A stretch of DNA of 63,514 nt, the filler included, from Octopus bimaculoides (lineage: Eukaryota), in assembly GCF_001194135.2 (NCBI RefSeq). It is 4 parts of 4 records of this genome, joined end to end, with 100 filler letters (N's around TTAATTAATTAA, not from the genome) between each part and the next. Parts side by side here need not be neighbours in the genome. Positions count along the whole stretch, not along the records: positions 1 to 26,156 come from NC_068996.1; 3 more parts are not named here. One strand, given 5' to 3'. The position numbers were made by a program, and so were the translations under genes. Shown here piece by piece: positions 1 to 11,817 of the stretch. Below the pieces are notes generated by a model that saw only the letters and a program-made list of their open reading frames with translations, ran no database searches and was not told where the DNA came from. Within the stretch, counting starts at the first letter, position 1. Every line of letters starts with the position of its first letter.

Positions 1-111
1 TATATATATATATATATATATATCAACTACATATGGGGAAAATTGGTGTGTGTTTGTTTGTGTCGTTGTTAGCTAACTCCAGCTACATTGTTTTATTGAT
101 TTTGATGAAAC

Positions 112-935
112 TTGACACGTGAGTAGAACTCATGTTTGGAAACCTTGTGACATACTTAGATTGTTGAAAAAATCGATAATATGGTCCTTGGAAGGAATCT
201 TTATATCTACCTCATATAATTAATTTTTTTTAACACCCAAGGTAAATAACCTATTGCACCTGCACAATATCTTTTAAACACTCAAGGGAAATAACCCATA
301 GCACCTGCACTTACAGTTGTTAGTTTTTAGTGAAGTGATCAATATTTGATTCTCATGATCAGCGAACCTAATTCTGCATTTCACTACTCACAGTTGATTC
401 CAGAACGTATTTAATAAGTGTGTCCCAATACAATGAACTCATACTTTGAATGCTTAAAATTCTTAAAAAATGAAACCAAACCTCCACACCACATTCATTT
501 GGGATACCCTGTATCACTTATACTTATTATACAAATCATAATATTTATTGCTTATTTACAGTTCATACATTTTCATGAAACTAATTGAGCCATCGAATTT
601 AGAAATATTTTACAGGTTTCATTGTTTATGTTCGATTACTTTGAATATTGATTTTTTTGTGTGTCCAATTTCTAATTTTTGCAGACAATATCACTTTTAT
701 ATTTTATTTGACATGTGAGTAGAACTCACGTGTCAAACCTCGTAACATACTTACATTGTTGAAAAAAATCGATAATAGGGCCCCTCCAATAGATCCTTCT
801 ATCTACTACATATTACTAATATTTTATTTAAACAGCCCAAGGGAAATAACCCATACCACCTGCAGTTTTTAGCAAAGCAATCAATATTTGATTCTCACGA
901 TCATCCCACCTAATTCTGCATTTCACTACTCACAG
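112..935. repeat. Two diverged copies (about 112-420 and 708-935) of an unclassified repeat carrying a 29-bp hairpin
   Basis: Shared blocks ttgacaygtgagtagaactca...cattgttgaaaaaaatcgataat...aagggaaataaccc...cctaattctgcatttcactactcacagtt; copy 2 has the hairpin ttgacatgtgag-tagaa-ctcacgtgtcaa at 708-736. Confidence 0.65.
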
Positions 936-1755
936 TTTTGAACTGCTAAACATTATTATTGCACTTCCTTGATTTGAATCTTAAACCTTAAAGACTTCAT
1001 TCATACATTTCTATACATACATACTTTTTTGAGTGCCTATTACTCTGATAATTCTGCATTTTTACAGTTACACTTTTTCCATGACAGTAGATAAATTTTT
1101 TATTCCACAATGTATTTGTAGTGGCTTCATGCAGGCATAATGTGGATTTGATCCTTGATTGCCAAATTTCACTTAACACTTCAACAGCACTTTTCTCACA
1201 GTAGAACAATAGTTTTTCTGTGAATGACAGCAGTTATGCATTTCCCAGATACATTCTCTAAGCAGAATAATGTCTTTGCCACGTGACCCTTCTAACCTCT
1301 TCCAGGGCACCAGGGGCTGGAATGGAGATAACAGACCTCCAACGTAATCATTTGTTCTCAACAATATGTCTATCTTTCTGGCTGCTTTTTGATAGTTATA
1401 ATAACAAGAACTCCATAAGCTAAAGGCAGTTACTGAGAGCAACCATCAGTGAGTGTGAACATTATTATTGCACTTCTTTCATTTCATTATTAAACATTAA
1501 ACACTTCATTCATATATTTATATACATATACACATTTATATATTACCTTTAATAAATCATAAAGTTCACCTTTAAAATGCCACGAGTCAGAGTACTTTCT
1601 CGCCAACCTCCAACAATCTCTCCCTCCACCAGCTGACATTTTTTTGTATTTTTTCATGACGGAAAATACATCTTTTGTGACAGTTCTAACGAAATTGCTT
1701 TCTTTTTCTTATATCAGAGTAATAAGGCGTTTCAATAGAGCAGATACACCAGCTA

Positions 1756-1786
<31 letters not shown>

Positions 1787-2322
1787 NNNNNNNNNNNNNN
1801 NNNNNNNNNNNNNNNNNNNNNNNNNNNNNNNNNNNNNNNNNNNNNNNNNNNNNNNNNNNNNNNNNNNNNNNNNNNNNNNNNNNNNNCCACGATGTGAGTG
1901 AAAGCTGCTCTCACTGTATTGTCCGGTGTCTGGTAACCCCTTCGATACCGACATCAAGCCAAAAAAAGAATCCTGACCACAGAGTGTGGGTAATTATGTT
2001 AAACGTCACTGGCAATGTGCATTCAGCTGATTGCAACTGTTAAAGCAAGTCACTGAGCATGCGTACATGTCATACGAGAGAGTTCCAATCAGGGGTGGAT
2101 AGCACCTTATAGGAAAGCCCTATAAAACTGTATCACTCCCAAAGACTAACCTTAGCAGACAGCTGCTACTTAATTTATTCTATTGGGTGATGAAGGGCAA
2201 AAGTAATTTTGGAGGGATTTGAACACATATGTAATGCATACATGATTGCCTAAAAACATACTTAATACTGCAAAGTGGGGTTCAATCCATTCTGAAAACT
2301 ATTCACTTGCATAGCTGTGGTT

Positions 2323-4373
2323 CTAGGTAAATTCCTCTATGGTAAATTTCACTATAAGTAAAATTCACTACGGTAAATTCCACTAAGGTAAATTCCACTA
2401 CAGTAACTTCTACTACAGTAAATTTCACTATAGTTAATATGAATACATTTTAGATCACATTTAATTCACACATTAAGATAAAAATGATGGTGAGTACATA
2501 AAAATAGATAAAGAATATGAATACATTTTAGCTCACATTTTATTCACATACTTATGTAAAGATGATGACGAGTAGATAAAAATAAAGTTATGAAAAAAGT
2601 TTGATATATTTGAAGAAAATTCTTTTTTGACAAATTGAGTGCAATATTTCTTAAAAATTGCAGAGCGTTTTCAGATTGATAATTCTCAACTAGCTTCTTT
2701 AGTACTGCATCAATCATTTGATAGGACTTTTTCTTTTTTTGTTGTCCAGTCCCCATGTTGAATGTGTGCAGTTTTCATCTGGCTTAAGAGCATTGCAAAG
2801 TTTCCACAAATCTGGATGTGTGGATGTTATCGATGACTGTAAAGTATTGTGGAACCCTTCTACTGAATTATTTGCTCTTGGCAAGTCATTTAAAACGTGG
2901 TCGCGTATATTCCAGAGTTGGATAGGAAACTGTGGGGTTTCTCTTCATCAATTAAGACCACATCCCCTTACAATCTCAATGTATGAATTCTCAAAATAAG
3001 TGATAAACTCAGAAGGGATGCTTTCATTATCAGATAAATTTTCAAATCCATTGACAACGTCGTCAATTGGTAAAAATGCTAAAGCACAAAAGCACTTAAT
3101 TTTAAGCTGAAAACTTCATCAGTGTTGTATCTCCTACTCTTACCAAGTGCACATGTCTTCACCAAACAGACTGTCCAAGATGAAAAACACAGCCAACTAC
3201 TTCTAAATGTGGAAATACAGAAACAAATGAATTATGGAGAGCTTTTTCAAAGTCCATGAGACAGGTTGCAGGTCGACAATCTGCCCTTAAATCCTCCACA
3301 GCAGACAGAACACAATGATATGAGGCTTCTTTTTTGTCAGGAAGTAAGGCAAATAACTTGGGCACACGTGACCCTCTGATGATGATATGTAGCATGAAAA
3401 GCTGACATTAGGAAACACCTTAAAAGTCCCATCAGAGGCCCGTTTTCAGAGCTTTCTAGATCATTCAAGCCTTTTTCTGAGGAAAAAACTAAAATTCTGT
3501 CTGAGTTATCAATGCCACTATCAAAGACCAAAAACAAGGACCCATTTTCTAAGTACTTAACTGCATCAGGAATTTCAAACCTTGAACGACAAGCTGGAAG
3601 TGCTGGAGTTCTTAAAGAATGCTACCTCCAGTTACGTATGTTGCGTGGAAGTCCAGGAATAGTTTGCAACAATGATTGTGCTTCCTCATCATGATTTTGT
3701 ACAGCAAAACTTCCCTTGAAGATACTGTGCTCGTTCTCATTACTTCACTTTTCATTGAATTAATTGCCTTTTGGGCATTAACGTGTGCCTTGCTCGCTGA
3801 GTGATTATGGGAGCCTGTTGAAAAAATAACTTCTGGTATACTGGAGTTGAAAGTTGTATGTAGTCTAGCCCGGCAATCTTTGTAAAAACGTTCACAATGC
3901 CAATATATTTTTTGTTTTGCCACTATTAACTCTATTCTTTTCGTATATATGATTCTCTTTGTTGCAAAGCTTATGTTTGTTCTTCTATGATGTTATAAAT
4001 GCTGTATGGTTGAGGGTTTCAAAGTTCAAAGTCAAACTGAATAGAAAAAAATTAGCACTACAGTGAAATTCAGTTAAAAAATGAGTAACAATGGCATAAA
4101 CCTATATATCTTAACTAATAACTAATTACTTGAGAGGTGTGTAACAAGGGCGTGCATAATCAATTTTCTATAGACCATTTACTATAGTTGAATTTACCTT
4201 AGTGGAATATACCGCAGTGAATTTTACCTATAGTGAAATTATCCAAGTGGAATTTAATTAACAACTAATTAATTAAGAAGTGTGTAACAAGGACGTGCAT
4301 AATTAGTTTTCTATAGACTGCTATTTTTCAAGTGGAATTTACCTTAGTGGAATATACTGCAGTGAATTTTACC
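2323..4373 (-). mobile_element. Decayed Mutator-like DNA transposon (Phantom-type, FLYWCH + MULE DDE transposase) with foldback-like ends
   Basis: Left end: tandem ggtaaattccacta-like units (2324-2432); right end: their reverse complement tagtggaatttacc (4181-4258, 4330-4373). Between them, minus-strand frames give FLYWCH (IYWHCER..CRARLHT..HNH), DGTF (3422-3433), MDFEKAL, GCVFHLGQSVW and RANNSVEGFH (2849-2878). Confidence 0.9.
2700..3990 (-). pseudogene. FLYWCH-MULE transposase pseudogene (frameshifts and stops)
   Basis: Motifs spread over several frames (ORFs 3612-3923, 3159-3395 and unannotated frames); frameshifts near 3920 and 3410. Confidence 0.88.
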
Positions 4374-4702
4374 CAGTGGCAGCTTGTAGGTAAAATTATT
4401 TGGAGTGCTGCTTCAGAAAATTTTTAGCCATTGTTTTAATATTGTGTAAAAGGAAATAAGCATATCAAAAGAAAATTTATACATAAACTTGATCAGTTCG
4501 CATTTTAGCCACTGCCGAGTAGTGTGTTTAATTTGTTCACTGAACACTGCTGCTAATTCCCCCTTGTTTTTTAAAAATCCCTCTTAAATCACAAAACAAG
4601 ATGGAGAAATGTGCCCTATTTTTCAAATCCTGGCAGCAAACTGAAGCTGGAAGCAGGATAATAATCTAATTCTACACTTTATCACATTCAAGAATATAAA
4701 CA

Positions 4703-5068
4703 TGTTATAGGAAAGTGGGTTATACATCATTAGATGTATACCTGACTTTCCTATATAATATTAAGAATATAACGGAACGCTGAACTCCAGACTATCAACT
4801 TAAACAACATTTATTCAAGTGGTAAATATATACATCTTTAGCTCTTGTTCTTTGAGACGTCTTCTGTGTGTGTGAGCATGGTTGTTGGGACGTTGGTATG
4901 TAGATGTGAGCGAGCTGTCTAGCGTAAGTTCGAAAGATGGAGAGAGACAGCTAAACACGTCCATGCTCAATCGCTGGCCAGCAAGAAAGAGACAGATCAA
5001 AGCGGGAAAGCTTGGTATGTTGAATTCCACGCATGCGTGAGACTATGCATGTGCACGGCGTTACTACA
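4703..5068 (-). mobile_element. Possible solo LTR (366 bp)
   Basis: Minus strand begins TGTAGTAAC and ends CTATAACA (TG...CA); AATAAA at 4810-4815 about 110 nt from the 3' end; CpG-richer than the flanks; TSD ambiguous. Confidence 0.4.
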
Positions 5069-5820
5069 ATGTTTTTAAGCACAACACATGCAGAGTGAAA
5101 AAGAAACACTACCTTTCACTGGAACACCAGGGTCAGCACTGTCGTTAACACAGTGCTCTCTCTCCCTAGTGTCAAGTTTCCTATCTCGGACACGTGACCA
5201 TGCGCACAACAGCCAAACATTGCATTGCTCGAACTGTGAAGCACGCAGTTCTATACAAGAATTTTTGTATTTTTTTCATAAACTAGGGGATGGCTACTGA
5301 CATTAAAGCACTTTTAAAGGGGCGGTAATTTTCATCCTGTTGTAGGTTATTGTTATAGGCAATATGTGTTTTTTGTGGGGTCCAGGGGTGGCAAAACAAA
5401 AGGGCCACCCCAGGCGGCACACATTCAAACTATGCTAATGCTGCTATTCTTCTTTGATTTGAAATATTAGATACACAAAAGAGTGTGAGAGAGTGCTTGG
5501 CGGGTGAATATTTTTGACAATTTTAAAGAGAATGACTCATGGATATTAATAGCTCTGCTGGAAGTGAGATGGAGGAAAACATAAAAACTGTTGTGCATAG
5601 ACAAGTTTTATGAAAGGTGGATTAGAGTAGCAAATATGCTTTGAATAAGAAAACTGACAGAGCAGTTTTACCTGGGTATTGGAGCTGTGTGAGAACATAA
5701 TCCAAAGCACTGTAGTTTCCGTCATAATGATTTTGGAGTGGCCTGTTTCTCCATGTTTTGAGATTTATAAGTTTCTATTTTAATGCATGTATGTTTAATG
5801 TATGTATATTTATATATATA

Positions 5821-5986
5821 GGCACAAGCATGGCTGTATGGTAAGAAGCTTGCTTCCCAACCACATGGTTCTGGGTTCAGTCCTACTGTGTGATACCTTG
5901 AGCAAGTGTCTTCTACTATAGCCTCAGGCTGACCAAAGCCTTCTGAGTGGATTTGATAGACAGAAACTGAAAGAAGCCTGTTGTAT
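5821..5986 (+). mobile_element. SINE family A (tRNA-derived, CORE-like), head and core only
   Basis: A-box tggctgtatgg, B-box gggttcagtcc, core ccttgagcaagtgtctt; same family as the full copy at 20317. Confidence 0.85.
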
Positions 5987-8590
5987 CATCACCAACATTG
6001 TTTAACATCCACTTTTCATGCTGGCATAGATTGGATGGTTTGACTGAGGACTGGCAAACCATGAGGCCGCACCAGCCTCCAGTCTGATTTGGCAAGGTTT
6101 CTACAGCTGAATGCCCTTCCTAACACCAACCACTCTGAGAGTGTAGTGGGTACTTTTTATATACCACTGGCATGGGAGCCAGACAGGTGGCACTGGCATC
6201 AACTACACTTGAATGGTGCTTTTTATGCACCACTGGCACTAGCATCAACGATGCTCGAATGGTGCTTTTTATGTACCAGTCAGGCAGCACTGGCATCAGC
6301 CATGACTACGATTTCACTTGACTCAACAGGTCTTCTCAAGCACAGCATATTGCCTGATGACTGAAGTGTACTTTTAGAGGGGCTGGTTATGCAACACTGG
6401 CATTGCCCTCAGCTACAATCTCACTTGGCTTGCTGGGTCTTCTCAAGCACAGCATATCTCCAAAGGTCTTGGTCTCTTGTCATTACCTCTGTGAGGCCCA
6501 ATGTTCAAAGCTCATGCTTCACCACCTCATCCCATGTCTTCCTGGGTCTACATCTTCCACAAGTTCACTCTACTGTTAGAGTATGACACAGTTGTCCCCA
6601 TCCATGTGCAACATGAACATACTAGCACAGTCATCTCTCTTGCGCACCACATCTGATGCTTCTCATGTCCAACTTTTCTCTAAGGGTGCTTACACTCTGT
6701 CGTGTATGCACACTGACATTACACATCCAGCAGTGCATACTAGCTTCATTTCTTTCAAGCCTATGCATGTCCTCTGCATGGCTGTTTGCATACATGCATC
6801 ACTCTACCTTTCATTCTGAGCAAGAGGCCCTTTGTTACTAGCAGAGGTAGGAGCTCTCTGAACTTTGCACAGGCTATTCTTATTCTAGCAGCTATGCTCT
6901 CAGAACATCCACCCTGGCTACTGACTTGGTCACCTAGGTAACAGAAACTATTAACTACTTCTAGTTTTTTTCCCCTGGCAAATAATGGAATCTGTTTTCT
7001 GTACACCAGTGTTTATTGCCCCTGTGCATCTGCCACGCACAAAAACTATCTTCTCAGTTAACCTTCCTTTGATATTGCTGCACCTTTTATGTATCCACAG
7101 CTTACACTGGGTACATCTTATGGAGTTTCTACCAACACCTTTTCTATAGTTCAAGCAGGGCCATCTACCTGAAGGGATTTGTGATTTGTCTGCCTTCCTA
7201 TTTACTAAGACTTTGATTTTTGTTAGACTGACTCTAAGGTCTTTTCCTGTACATGGCTTGTACAACTCTCACCAACTACTCATCTATCACTAGTTTTTGC
7301 ATTGACCACTAGATAATGGATTGGGGGACCCTGTCAAAGGCTTTCTCTGTGTCAACGAAAGCCAAGTACAAAGGTTTATCTTTGGCTAGGAATTTCTCCT
7401 GCAGCTATCATACCAGAAATATAGCATCAGTGGTGCTTCTCTCTGGCACAAACCCAAATTGCATCTCATCTAAACTAACTCTCTCCCTAATTAGTTGGGC
7501 TATGACCCTCTCCATGACTTTCATCACCTGACTCAACAATTTGATACTTCGGTAATTATTTGTATTTAATGCGTCACTTTTACCTTTGTAGCAGTTGACT
7601 CTGGTGCTGCTATACCAGTCATTGGGTATGACTCCTTCATGTATCATCTGCTTGTCTATATAAGTGACAAGACCATAACCCACACCACCAGATATTTTGA
7701 GCATCTCAGCAGTGATTTTGATGGGCCAGGGACTTTCCCTGACTTCATATCCTTAATTGCTTTATCTACCAGGGTGCTATCAATTTGAGTATTTGGTCCC
7801 TTAACTGGGTCAACATTTGACAGGCTCTCCTCCTCCCATTCATTCTCCACATTCAGCATTCTTTCATAATGGCATCTCCAGGCCCCTTTGCAAAATTATT
7901 AAATGCAAGTGCACCATCATTCATGCAGACACATTTCTCTCCCGTGACATCACAATTCTCTCTCACACACTGTCTTGCAATATGAAACACTTCAAGTCTG
8001 TGGTCCTCATGATGCAGAGCATTGGCAAACTTTTTCTTGATGCTTCCCCTCTGGCTAAGTAAACTTGTCTCCTAGCTTCTCTTCTGGCGATTTGATACAG
8101 TTCCCTGCTACCGCCACATTTCCAATCCTTCCAGGCCTGTTTCTTTTCCCTAATGGCCCTGTCAACTACATTGTTTCATCATCATATTACCTTAGGTCGA
8201 GAAGGGACTTTGCATCAGCCACAAATCTGGTCAGTAGCCCTCAACAGGTTGTCCTGTAGGAACCCCCAGTTGTCATCCACATTATGTGATGCTATATCCT
8301 CTTTTTTTTTATCAAAAGCTTCAAATAATATGTCTCTAAAAATCTGTCCATTCAGAGGATCCTTAAGCTTCCATACTCCTCTTTTCCATGCTGGTCATCT
8401 TCTGGGCAGTCATTTAGCCCTGATCCTGAAGTTGCTAACTACTAACCTATGTTATGGGGTGCATTCTTCACCTGGAAAGTTTTAGCATTTGTAAGTAGCC
8501 ATCTTTCCTGTTTCCTGGCAAGAATGTGGTCAATCTAACTAGTGTACCCACCAGTGTGCCACAGCTTAGCAGAAATTAAGGATAAACCAC
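5986..8590 (-). mobile_element. RTE-clade LINE (family R1), 5'-truncated, decayed, RT core deleted
   Basis: Minus frames: EN C-terminus (IDHILARKQER..KTFPGEEC), IPNDW..YKGKSDAL..NYRSIKLLSQVMKVMERVI, QFGFVPERSTTDAIF, AFVDTEKAFDRVP, CTQCKLWIHKRC, YLGDQVSSQGG; 3' UTR with repeated tgccagtg..aaaaagcacc units and a (gat)n-like tail. Confidence 0.9.
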
Positions 8591-8864
8591 TGGACAGATC
8601 ATAATACATTCCAGTGTTGGTTTATGTAATTTTTGAACTTTGTAAGATAGTAGTACTCTGAAGTTAATTATTTTCCTTTGGTTTTTCTTTCTTTTCTTAA
8701 ATACTTATTCAAACATTTTGTTTTTACCAGATTGATAAATGGTGAAATAAATTAATATTTTGGTCAGGAAACATTGGGTAGCTTATTTCACAAACCTTTT
8801 TGTGATTTTTATTATGTGTGTGTGTGTGTGTGTGCGTGCATGTGTGTGCGTGTGTACGGATAGC

Positions 8865-9551
8865 AATTCTACATGGTAGTGAGATGTGGTCCTTGAATGC
8901 AGAGGGCATGTGAAGGTTAGAAAGGAATGAGGCTAGTATGCTCTGCTAGATTTGTAATGTAAGTGTACATGTTCAACAGAGTGCTAGTGCTTTGAGAGAC
9001 AAAGGAAGCATAGGAGAAATTAGATTCTGTGTGCAAGAGAGAAGACTGTGCTGGTTTAGTCATGTGATGTGGATAGATGCTGGCAGCTTCTTAAAGAAGT
9101 GCCAATCTCTCAAAGTAGATGGAACACATGGAGGTGGGAGATCCAGAAAAATATGGAACAAAGTGCTGAAGAATGACTTCAGGATGCTCAACCTTTCAGG
9201 AGAGATGACAAAAGTCTGAGATGTCTGGTGCCCTGTTGTACTCACGAAGATCCATATTCTGCAGCAGAAGTGTTAAGACTGGTTCCCCCAATAGTGAGGA
9301 TTGACCTGCAAGTGTCCTAGGCTGGTGGCATGTAAAAAGCACCTGTGCAGTGCCATGTAAAAGCACCCATGTGTTGTCACGTAAAAGCATCTAGCACACT
9401 CTGTAAAATAGTTGACGTTAAAAAGGGAATTCAGTCATAAAAACCATGCCAAATCAGACTGGAGTCTGGTGCAGTTTCCCAGCTTGCCATCTTTGGTCAA
9501 ACTGTCCAACCCATGCCACTATGGACAATGGACATTAAAGTACGATGATAA
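8865..9551 (+). mobile_element. RTE family R1 3' fragment
   Basis: QERRLCWFSHVMWID..GTHGGGRSRKIWNKVLKND, then the same 3' UTR (tgtaaaaagcacc repeats, ccaacccatgcca, tggacattaaag..gatgat). Confidence 0.85.
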
Positions 9552-10973
9552 ATATATGATATATTGTGTGTGTGTATGTGTGTGTGTGTGTTTATGGGTC
9601 TATGAGGTGTGTATATTTTTAAATGTGTATGAAGAACAAGTTATGCATATGTATTAATTTAGGTTGTGCAACTTACATTTTATTTTCTACAATAGTTTTT
9701 CTTTATTAGTGAATGTAGTTTTGTATTGTAAGAAATATAAAAAGAATAATGAAGGGAGACCCTTTAGTTTTGAATATGGGCCAAGTTGAAAGGAAAGAGG
9801 GTGGTCAAAGTTTTGGAATGTCACTCATGTGTGTGCGTGTGTGCGTGTATGTGCACGTGTGTGTGTGTGCATGTATTTATGTATGTATATATGTATGTAT
9901 ATAGGAAAAATAGTGAGAAATAGTTGAAAATGCATCAAAATTTTCTTTATATATATGTGTGTGTATATATATATATATATATNNNNNNNNNNNNNNNNNN
10001 NNNNNNNNNNNNNNNNNNNNNNNNNNNNNNNNNNNNNNNNNNNNNNNNNNNNNNNNNNNNNNNNNNNNNNNNNNNNNNNNNNNNNNNNNNNNNNNNNNNN
10101 NNNNNNNNNNNNNNNNNNNNNNNNNNNNNNNNNNNNNNNNNNNNNNNNNNNNNNNNNNNNNNNNNNNNNNNNNNNNNNNNNNNNNNNNNNNNNNNNNNNN
10201 NNNNNNNNNNNNNNNNNNNNNNNNNNNNNNNNNNNNNNNNNNNNNNNNNNNNNNNNNNNNNNNNNNNNNNNNNNNNNNNNNNNNNNNNNNNNNNNNNNNN
10301 NNNNNNNNNNNNNNNNNNNNNNNNNNNNNNNNNNNNNNNNNNNNNNNNNNNNNNNNNNNNNNNNNNNNNNNNNNNNNNNNNNNNNNNNNNNNNNNNNNNN
10401 NNNNNNNNNNNNNNNNNNNNNNNNNNNNNNNNNNNNNNNNNNNNNNNNNNNNNNNNNNNNNNNNNNNNNNNNNNNNNNNNNNNNNNNNNNNNNNNNNNNN
10501 NNNNNNNNNNNNNNNNNNNNNNNNNNNNNNNNNNNNNNNNNNNNNNNNNNNNNNNNNNNNNNNNNNNNNNNNNNNNNNNNNNNNNNNNNNNNNNNNNNNN
10601 NNNNNNNNNNNNNNNNNNNNNNNNNNNNNNNNNNNNNNNNNNNNNNNNNNNNNNNNNNNNNNNNNNNNNNNNNNNNNNNNNNNNNNNNNNNNNNNNNNNN
10701 NNNNNNNNNNNNNNNNNNNNNNNNNNNNNNNNNNNNNNNNNNNNNNNNNNNNNNNNNNNNNNNNNNNNNNNNNNNNNNNNNNNNNNNNNNNNNNNNNNNN
10801 NNNNNNNNNNNNNNNNNNNNNNNNNNNNNNNNNNNNNNNNNNNNNNNNNNNNNNNNNNNNNNNNNNNNNNNNNNNNNNNNNNNNNNNNNNNNNNNNNNNN
10901 NNNNNNNNNNNNNNNNNNNNNNNNNNNNNNNNNNNNNNNNNNNNNNNNNNNNNNNNNNNNNNNNNNNNNNNNN

Positions 10974-11817
10974 GCCAGTAAAGAAACAAGTGAGTGACAG
11001 AGACAACCGTTAGATATATAAAGAGAGTAAGTTTATTAACATAGTGAAACTGTATTGTCTGTGTGTGCATGCATGCGGCACATACAAACACAATACACAA
11101 GTCAGGTCTTCGTGTACAAGAGTATGTATACAACAATATGAAATGACAGACTGTCATATAAGCAAGAGTGTGTGTACAATATGTGAGAGTACAATATGTG
11201 TGTGTATGAGAGAGAGGAATACAGAACGTAGAAAGAGTGTCTGTAACATAGACTGTAAAAGTCCTAAACACAGAGATAGAGGAATACCAGTTCGTATAAG
11301 AGTTACACAAAGAGATAGAATGTTCATACACAGGAAGTTGTGGCCAAGAGAGCAGAGCTGTGGTGTCACATGTCATGTGTGTTGAGTGTCGATGCTGCGA
11401 CCGGTTACCTGGTACAGAATATTCTAGCAGGTTAGTTCTGACGGTTAACTTCGTGGTGGAAATAATCCACTCATACAGTGTCGAGATGAAACCACGTTTG
11501 TTGATGTTGGTGTGTACTCTCATAGTGGTGTTGCTGGCGATGACATTGGTAGACAGTAAATTGGTGGTGATGACGTCGTCTCTGGAAACTGGCTGGCTGG
11601 TATGTGGTCAAACGACCAGACCTGTGAGAGATCTGAAATCGCGACAACTGGCGGGTTCAAACAGGCTTATTTATAGATGTACAGGGGGCTCCAGAAAACA
11701 GGAAGAAATCACTCTCTCACGTGACCTTATCTGAAGGCCACGATTGGACGGTATGCACCCTGGCGTGAAACAGAACTAGTGATGATTGCCGCGCAAATGA
11801 GAACTAATCAGGGTGGT
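10974..11817 (-). mobile_element. LTR-like segment bounded by gaps
   Basis: Minus-strand order: CCAAT (11743-11747), CACGTG (11718-11723), TATAAATA (11668-11675), CpG-rich non-coding body, AATAAA (11032-11037) about 60 nt before the gap; termini hidden by gaps. Confidence 0.5.

Noticed and set aside
4373-5440. Possible cagtggc...ctatgctaatg-ended DNA element enclosing the solo LTR
   Set aside because: Termini too degenerate and no TSD
5672-5775. Minus-strand open stretch KLINLKTWRNRPLQNHYDGNYSALDYVLTQLQYP
   Set aside because: Weak splice sites and no recognised homology
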